Part shown: piece after piece, positions 57,665 through 64,000 of the stretch | Layout of the letters: the number at the start of each line of letters is the position of its first letter | Position numbering within the stretch: the first letter of the stretch is position 1 | Origin: Cyanophora paradoxa CCMP329 | Lineage: Eukaryota > Plantae > Glaucophyta | NCBI GenBank assembly: GCA_004431415.1 | Contig: QPMI01000439.1 | Span: forward strand, 186,001 to 250,000 | Direction: 5' to 3' | Length of the DNA: 64,000 nt | Notes under the pieces: generated by a model | Seen by the model: only the letters and a program-made list of their open reading frames with translations | The model's database searches: none | What the model was told of the DNA's origin: nothing | Translations under genes and position numbers: made by a program

Positions 57665-58140
57665 TGCCTGTAACGATGCCTGTAACGATTGGCTTGACGG
57701 CTTGGCTCGGGCTTGGTCTCCGGGATCCGGCTTGGCACAGGGCTTGTCTCGGGCTTGTCTCCGGCTTGTCTCCGGCTAGCTATCAGCGCACTATCAGCGC
57801 ACTATCAGCGCACTATCAGCGCACTATCACTTTTATGCCAGCGCATAGAAGCTCGTCTACATTACTATACTTTTATGCCAGCGCATAGAAGCTCGTCTAC
57901 ATTACTATACTTTTATGCCAGCGCATAGAAGCTCGTCTACATTACTATACTTTTATGCCAGCGCATAGAAGCTCGTCTACATTACTATACTTTTATGCCA
58001 GCGCATAGAAGCTCGTCTACATTACTATACTTTTATGCCAGCGCATAGAAGCTCGTCTACATTACTATACTTTCTGTCCAAATCTTCAACATCTCTCGAT
58101 CTTTTCGTTTTTTAGGACTTCCTGTCCAAATCTTCAACAT
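57665..58140. repeat. Sub-terminal tandem repeat block
   Basis: TGCCTGTAACGA x2; GGCTTGTCTC-type units; CTATCAGCGCA x4 (57780-57823); perfect 40-bp unit ACTTTTATGCCAGCGCATAGAAGCTCGTCTACATTACTAT x6 (57829-58068); CTGTCCAAATCTTCAACAT x2. Confidence 0.95.
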
Positions 58141-58147
58141 TGCTACT

Positions 58148-58575
58148 GGCGCTATCATCCACACAGTATTATTGACTAACTAGAACCTAAACTCGCATAT
58201 GCAATCAGCTTCGATTATATAGTTTTATCGTCTAGCTAGAACCTGGAAACCTCTCCGCTATTTAGATAGGAAGAACACAGTATTAACGCCTAGCTGCTGA
58301 TTAAGCTATCTCTGCAGACCGTCGCGTTGGGGGCCCGTCTCAAATCACTGCTATATCTTTTGCAAGATCGATTGGAGTAGACGTTAGATACTACCTAGTG
58401 GTTGCTGGATGGAAGGGGAGGTAGACCAGAGGGAGAGAAGGGCGGTAGACGTAGCGGAAGGGTTGGCGAGAGTGATGGCTGGGAAGACGCTGGATTGGGT
58501 GGGTTGGGGTGGGTTCGGAGAGGTGAGGGTGGTGAAGAGGGGTGGGCCACAGAATCAGGTCCTCTCTCATTTTTT
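58148..58575 (-). repeat. Right TIR (428 bp)
   Basis: Inverted copy of 47412-47840. Confidence 0.95.
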
Positions 58576-61450
58576 GGCGCCAAGTTCAAGCAGGAGCTTC
58601 ACTGTGCTGGTCATAATGATCCGGCGAGGTAACATCTTCGAATTCGCGTGCCCGACGGCGATGTGGAGGGGCGTCCGGCGGTTGCCCGCGCGCTGCGCGA
58701 CGTCCACGAGAGGCTCGAGCTTCCACTCCGAAATCAGCTGCGGGCAGCGTCGGTAAGCGCCGCAGGCGCTGGCTCGGCGCGGCCACGGCTCGCTTGCCTT
58801 TCCCACGTCGCCCAAGCCGCCCTCTCCGGAAAGGAGGAAATGCAGAACGGTTGAGCCGTCCGCACGCAGCATCTCGGGCAGCGCGGCCACCGCATCCCGG
58901 AAGTAGGGGGGTACCTGGGGGGCGGAAGCTGGTGAGTGGGCGCAGGCCCTGGGCGCGTGAGCGGGCGGGTAAGGCTGGCGCTTATATATAATTACCCAAG
59001 GGCCGACGGTGTCGAGGTAGGCAAGGGGCGAAATCCCCAGGGCGGCCACGAGATCATGAGCACGGGCAGAAAATCCACCGCAGAGAGCTGCATCCGAATT
59101 CGAAAGTGCTCATGATTTCGTTACAAAGAAAACTGCAAATCAACTCAATAAACGAACCTTTGAATAGGGCGGCAGTGGCAAAGCGGGGTACATCGACGCG
59201 GGCCTCCTCGGGGCGGGGGTACGCCGTCCCGTCGAAGTGCTCGCGCAGCTCCCGCAGCGACGCGGCGTCCATGTCGATCTGTTGTAATTGCGAGCCTAAG
59301 TTTGGCGAGCGAGGTGCTTCCTGGCGCTAATTATAATCTGCAAGCTTAAGGTTATAATCTGCGCACGAGGCTGGTTCTGATGACGCGGCGGCCCGGTCGT
59401 TCCTGGAGGAGCGCTTCATCAGCGAAGACTCCGTTCTGGACCATGCCCAGCTGCGCACGCCGAGGCCGACACATCATGAGCAATGTATGTTAGGGGCGGG
59501 TCGATCGCGAGCTCGAGGCGGGGCGGTGTGGGATATCGATGGGGCGGACGAGATAGAGCTCCTGGATGGCGGGCAGGTTGGACATGATCGGCTGCAGCTC
59601 ATCAGCGCCCACGCCCTGCAGAGCTGACGAGAGATCGAGGCTCTGCAGGCGCGGGAAGCTTCGCGTTCGGCGAAGGGAAGGGATGCAGGGATGGGGGTGA
59701 GGTGGTCAATAAAGAAAGCGGATGGGGTGACCATGGGGAGGGGCGAACTTCAGATTGGCAAGGGCATCGATAAGCGTTCTTCCGGCTGCATTCGTCGCCT
59801 CGGACCAATGGTAATCAAGTACCACACGCGTTCCCCTGTACAAGTTCTCGTGCGTTAACGTTAGGGGAGGAAGCAGCGCACAGCTTATATAATTAGCTGT
59901 GCGTGCTTATAATTAGATTGAAGGGCCGCGCACCGGAGAAAAAGGCGCTCGAGGGTGCCTGAGCAGGCGTGAAGGAGGCGGCGCAGGACCGAGAGGGGAA
60001 TAACGAGGCCGGAGAGGTCGAGGTGGCGGAGGCGGGGCAGAGAGAAGCCGGCGGGCAGGCCCTTCAGTCCGGCGAGGGACTGGAATGCGCCCTTGGGGTC
60101 GGCCCCGGCGAGTGAGAGGTGCGTCAGGTTCGGGCAGGCGACGAGAATCTCCAGAAGGCAGCGGGCCACGTGCGACTTCATGGCCGACAGCTCCGACGCC
60201 GTGGGCAGCGCGTCGCGGCCGAACGCGGCGGCCAGCTCCGCCACGCGCATGTCCAGGATCCATGGGGTCGACGTCGACGTCGGCGCCGCCGCCGCAGGCC
60301 GCGGCACCGGCCGTCCGGATCGATGGCCAGCTGCAGCTCGTGCAAAGTCTGCCGAGTCTTTCGAGAACCCGAAGTCGAAGTTGATGTTCCCGAGGTGCAG
60401 CCGCTTGATGCGCTCGCCGAATCGCGCACTCAGCCGCGCGACGTCCAGGATCGTGTTGCAAAACTTTTCGCGATCGGCCGACCATGCACTGCTCAGAAGT
60501 GGGTGCGAGCCCTGCGCAAAGCGTACTTATAAGCGCGTGGGAGCGCAAGCACGCGAATTCGAAAACAAATGCAAGCGCAAGGCGGTTCACCAGGCGGGAT
60601 CCTTGGCGGCCGCTGACGAAGACTGGCTCTGCGAAGAGCGTCGACGACTCGCCGTGCGCGAGCTCCTGGAAGCGACGACGGGCAGAGGCCAGGCCCCGCA
60701 GCACTGTCATCGTGCCGCTGACCGCCGCCTCCTTCTCCATGAGCGACAACAGGAGGTCCGCTGCGCATGCGCGATCGCGAGCGGTTCTCAGCGCGAGCGC
60801 GCGGGTGGCTGTCGTGCGTTCGTTCCGCGCACGAGGAAGATTCATGAGCGAATTCGAAGCGAATACATCAGCGGCTCTCCCCGCAGCGGCTGCAGCAGCG
60901 CCTCAGGATTCGTCAATCGAGCGCGCGCCGCGCCGCGCGCGCGACTGCGATTTCATTGCGTACCATCCATGTCGCTGAGGCAGCGGCCGCCGGGCGAAAG
61001 CGGCAGACAGCGCTAGCGCGTCTCCTGACGAATTTCGCTTCTCCTCAAGCAATTCCGGCGCGCGCGCGGGGGAGGGGAGGGGGGGGGGGAGGGGAGGGGG
61101 GGATTTCCTCAAGACTTTTATCTGATCGCCGATTGATTTGATATTGCTCCATTTTAACTCTCTTGATTCCGAGGGACTCTTAACTTAGTAGTAACTCTTG
61201 ACTCTTGACTCATTTTGTTCGAATTTCGAGGCGGTTCGAATTGTTCAAATTCCGAGGCACATGTACAAGGACTTGCCAGTTGACTCTTGACTCTTGACGC
61301 GGCGGTTCCGAGACCTTGCACAAGGATATTAATCGATAATGCGCGTGTGCACGTGGCACTGCGGCAACTGCAGCGCATCACAGGGCGCCGCGCCTTCGAC
61401 ATTCATGACCAGTTGGCCTCAGCGACATTTGGATGTATTAGGGATTGTCA

Positions 61451-61929
61451 AAGTCATCCGAGCCGAACGCCGCCCTGGACGGCCTCACCCTCGACGCCCT
61501 CCAGTGCGCCCCACGAATACCTAATTCCGTCTAATTTCTCCTGACAAATAGCGTCTCCTCACAAATTTGATCTGATCCATTAGCACCTCCATTAATCTAA
61601 ATAGCGTCTCCTCACAAATAGCGCCGATCGATATATCGCTCGATTTAAATTTTCACTCTTCCTCACCCTCGACGCCCTCCAGTGCGAGCCTCGGAGCCGC
61701 CTTCTTTCCCTTCGACAAATATCTAATCACGTCTTATTTCTTAAGCTTACGGATTTCGAGCGCAGCCGGGCCCTGAACGCGGCGGACGACTTCCTGCGCG
61801 ACCGCGCGCCACCGCCAGTGCTTCGGCGCGCGGGGCCGCCGCCCCGGCTCGGCCTCGGCCGCGGCCTCGGGCGCTGCGCATGCGCATGCGGGCGGGAGCG
61901 CGAAAGGCGCGCCCAAGCCCAAGGCCTAG
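61451..61929 (+). pseudogene. Duplicated 3' fragment of the IFI44-like gene
   Basis: Copies the last exons and intron of 45800-46256 (SEPNAA...LTLDAL; RALNAADDFLRD) with indels; upstream exons not seen. Confidence 0.75.
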
Positions 61930-62913
61930 CAGCATTTCAGGCCGCCCCGCCCCTGTGTGAAGTTTCGAACAGGCATTAACATTCCAGACTCGGACCCCTA
62001 AGCTTACGTATACTAAGTTAAAGCCAGCTGCAGCTGTTTAGCCTTGAAGAATGCGAATTCACGAAAATTGAATCATGCAATCGATACCACGCAAACCAAA
62101 GTTGATCAGGAGAGCTCACCCTGTGATCATGGATTAAAGTTGAGCTCGGCGCCGACTCGGCGGTCACTGGGGTGGCCCAGCGCCGCCGGCCCGGCGCCGC
62201 CGGGCCGGCACGGCGTCGGCGGTCACAATTGCAAGGTATGAGTCAGTGGGATTCAACGGCTTTTCGATTCAGGCGCTCGTCGACTAGCTATAGCTAGCAC
62301 TGGAAGTCGAGTCAGTCATAATCAGCGCTCGCAGCTGCAGGCGCCTGGCAGATCTAGACGCTCGGCCGGCGCCGAGCTGTGAAGAGCCTGCCAGGCTGAT
62401 CATGAGCTGTTCACGAGAGGAAAGCTCAGCGAGCTAGAGTTCAACGGATAGAGAATTCGAACTTTCGGAAGCCCGGCCCCCGGCCCCGGCGGCGGCGCCG
62501 GCGCCGGGACGAATTTGAACTTGAATTTGAATTCCGGATCCCGGGTCCGAACTTCGGAAGTTCGAACTTTCAAGTTTCGTGCGGAGAGCAGAGCACGTGG
62601 GGCCGCCGGGGCCGGGGGGGAGATCTAGCGCGAGGGAGGATGCAGTACTAGCAGTAGCCGCGGTACGCGCGCGAGGGACGATGCAGTAGCCGCGGGACTA
62701 CGGTACCCCTCCCGGCGTGGCGACACTGGCGATCTAGTCGACGTCATGGCGACTGGCGAGGCTATGGAGGTCGAAGCTGAAGCTCACGATGGTGCGAATT
62801 CTACCGCGTCGAACCGCAGTCGCGCACGCGTACGCCTCGAGCTCGCATCGTCCGATTGACGAACCCGAGGCGCAGCCGCTGGGGGCAGAGACGCTGACGG
62901 ATTCGCTTCGCTC

Positions 62914-63836
62914 ATGAACCTTCCTGGTGCGCGGAACGAACGCGAGATCCGCCCGCTCGCGCTGAGAGCCTCGCACGACGCAGCGGATCTCCTGTTGTCG
63001 CTTATGGAGAAGGAGGCGGCCGTCAACGGCACGATGAGCGTGCTGCGGGGCCTGGCTTCGGCCCGTCGCCGCTTCCAGGAGCTTGCGTACGGGGAGTCGT
63101 CGACGCTCTTCACAGAGCCCGTCTTCGTCAGCGGCCGCCAAGGATCCCGCCTGGTGAGGCACGTTCGGCGCGTGCATGCGCTTCCACACGCTCATTCTTT
63201 GCTCAGGGCGCGCACCCGATTCTGAGCAGCGCATGGTCGGCCGGCGACACGATCCTGGACGTCGCGCGGCTGAGCTCGCGATTCGGCGAGCGCATCGAGC
63301 GGCTGCACCTCGGGAACGTCAGCTTCGACTTTGGGTTCGGCTTGGGCGCGGCGCGCAGCTCCTCCCCCTGGATCCTGGACCTCCGCGTCGCGGAGATGGC
63401 GGCAGCTTTCGGCCGCGACTCGATCCCCGCGCCGTCCGAGCTCGAGGCCATGCAGACGCGCGTCTCGCGCTGCCTTCTGGAGGTCCTCCGCGCCTGCCCG
63501 AACCTGACGCACCTCTCCCTCGCCGGGGCCGACCCCAAGGGCGCATTCCGGTCCCTCGCCGCCCTTTCGGACCTGCCCGCCAGCTTCTACCTGCACCACC
63601 TCCGCCACCTCGACCTCTCGGGCCTGACTGTACCCCTTCCGGCCCTCCACCGCCTCCTGCGCGCCTGCTCAATCTCGCTCGAGCGCCTCTTCCTCAGGTG
63701 AGCGCGCGCCCCGCTGGTTGCCGCTTCGCCCTCACGTCCGAGAACAGGGGTACGCGTGTGGTACCGGATAGTCAATGGTCCGAGCTTTCCAGTGGAAGCA
63801 GCAAAGCTCTTATCGAGGCCCTTCCAGATGGAACGT
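62914..63836 (+). CDS. Inverted paralog of the LRR-like gene (5' exons; may continue past the window)
   Basis: MNLPGARNER...ADLLLSLMEKEAAV and CPNLTHLSLAGADPKGAF are nearly identical to 60845-59930 on the minus strand. Confidence 0.75.
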
Positions 63837-64000
63837 GAGCGCTCCCCCCCCCCCCCCCTTTCCTCCTCCTTCTCCACCCCCCCCTTCTTCCTCCTTCCCC
63901 CCCCCCCCCCAAGGCCCACCGGCACTGCTTTTAAACAGGGTTACCGCCTACCCTTCCCTTCCCTCCCTTTCCCCCCCTTCCCCCCCCCTTCCCCCCTTCC

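Larger units (their letters stand above)
47412..58575. mobile_element. Complete endogenous Polinton-like virus, element 2 (11164 bp), TSD GGCGCC
   Basis: TIRs at both ends; GGCGCC at 47406-47411 and 58576-58581; encodes pPolB, rve integrase, ATPase, MCP and penton. Confidence 0.95.
46582..60845 (-). pseudogene. Host LRR-like + ankyrin-repeat gene, interrupted within an exon by element 2
   Basis: CPNLTHLSL, LPRLRHLDLSG (LRR-like); GSTVLHF, TPLHIAV, VKLLLELGA|DP, GATALHVA, LLHFAA, GMTVLDIA (ankyrin) on both sides of the insertion. Confidence 0.75.

Noticed and set aside
57829-58068. 40-bp repeat array as a CRISPR array
   Set aside because: Units are contiguous and identical with no unique spacers; no cas genes; eukaryotic viral context.
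46852-58756. ORFs reading through the TIRs (46852-47586, 47240-47593, 58395-58589, 58402-58632, 58409-58756)
   Set aside because: Chance open frames in the purine/pyrimidine-skewed TIR, fused to host exon sequence.
63840-64000. C-rich tract as telomere or G-quadruplex regulatory element
   Set aside because: Irregular poly-C/CT with no fixed unit at the window edge; may be low-quality sequence.

Overview
Eukaryotic genomic DNA with GC-rich exons and short AT-rich spliceosomal introns, probably from a protist or alga; the host cannot be identified from the sequence alone. The window holds three large mobile elements. (1) A left-truncated endogenous Polinton-like virus (<1 to ~14331) with two penton-like genes, a major capsid protein, an A32-type ATPase, an rve integrase and a protein-primed PolB. 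(2) A Ty3/Gypsy LTR retrotransposon (28935-38455) with identical 283-bp LTRs and a TGCAG TSD; its 3' UTR carries tRNA-mimic repeats and a long arm complementary to the primer-binding region. (3) A complete, compact 11.2-kb Polinton-like virus (47412-58575) with ~429-bp TIRs and a GGCGCC TSD, which splits a host ankyrin exon, carries an HNH-AP2 endonuclease and has no recognisable adenain-type protease. The two viruses are syntenic but have very different PolB cores that share an N-terminal module. Host genes are a four-copy tandem array of multi-AP2-like/SAM-like genes, an IFI44-like TLDc + P-loop gene with a 3' duplicate fragment, and an inverted pair of LRR-like genes, one with ankyrin repeats. 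Several 1-nt homopolymer deletions look like long-read consensus errors. All assignments come from manual motif reading; no database searches were run.
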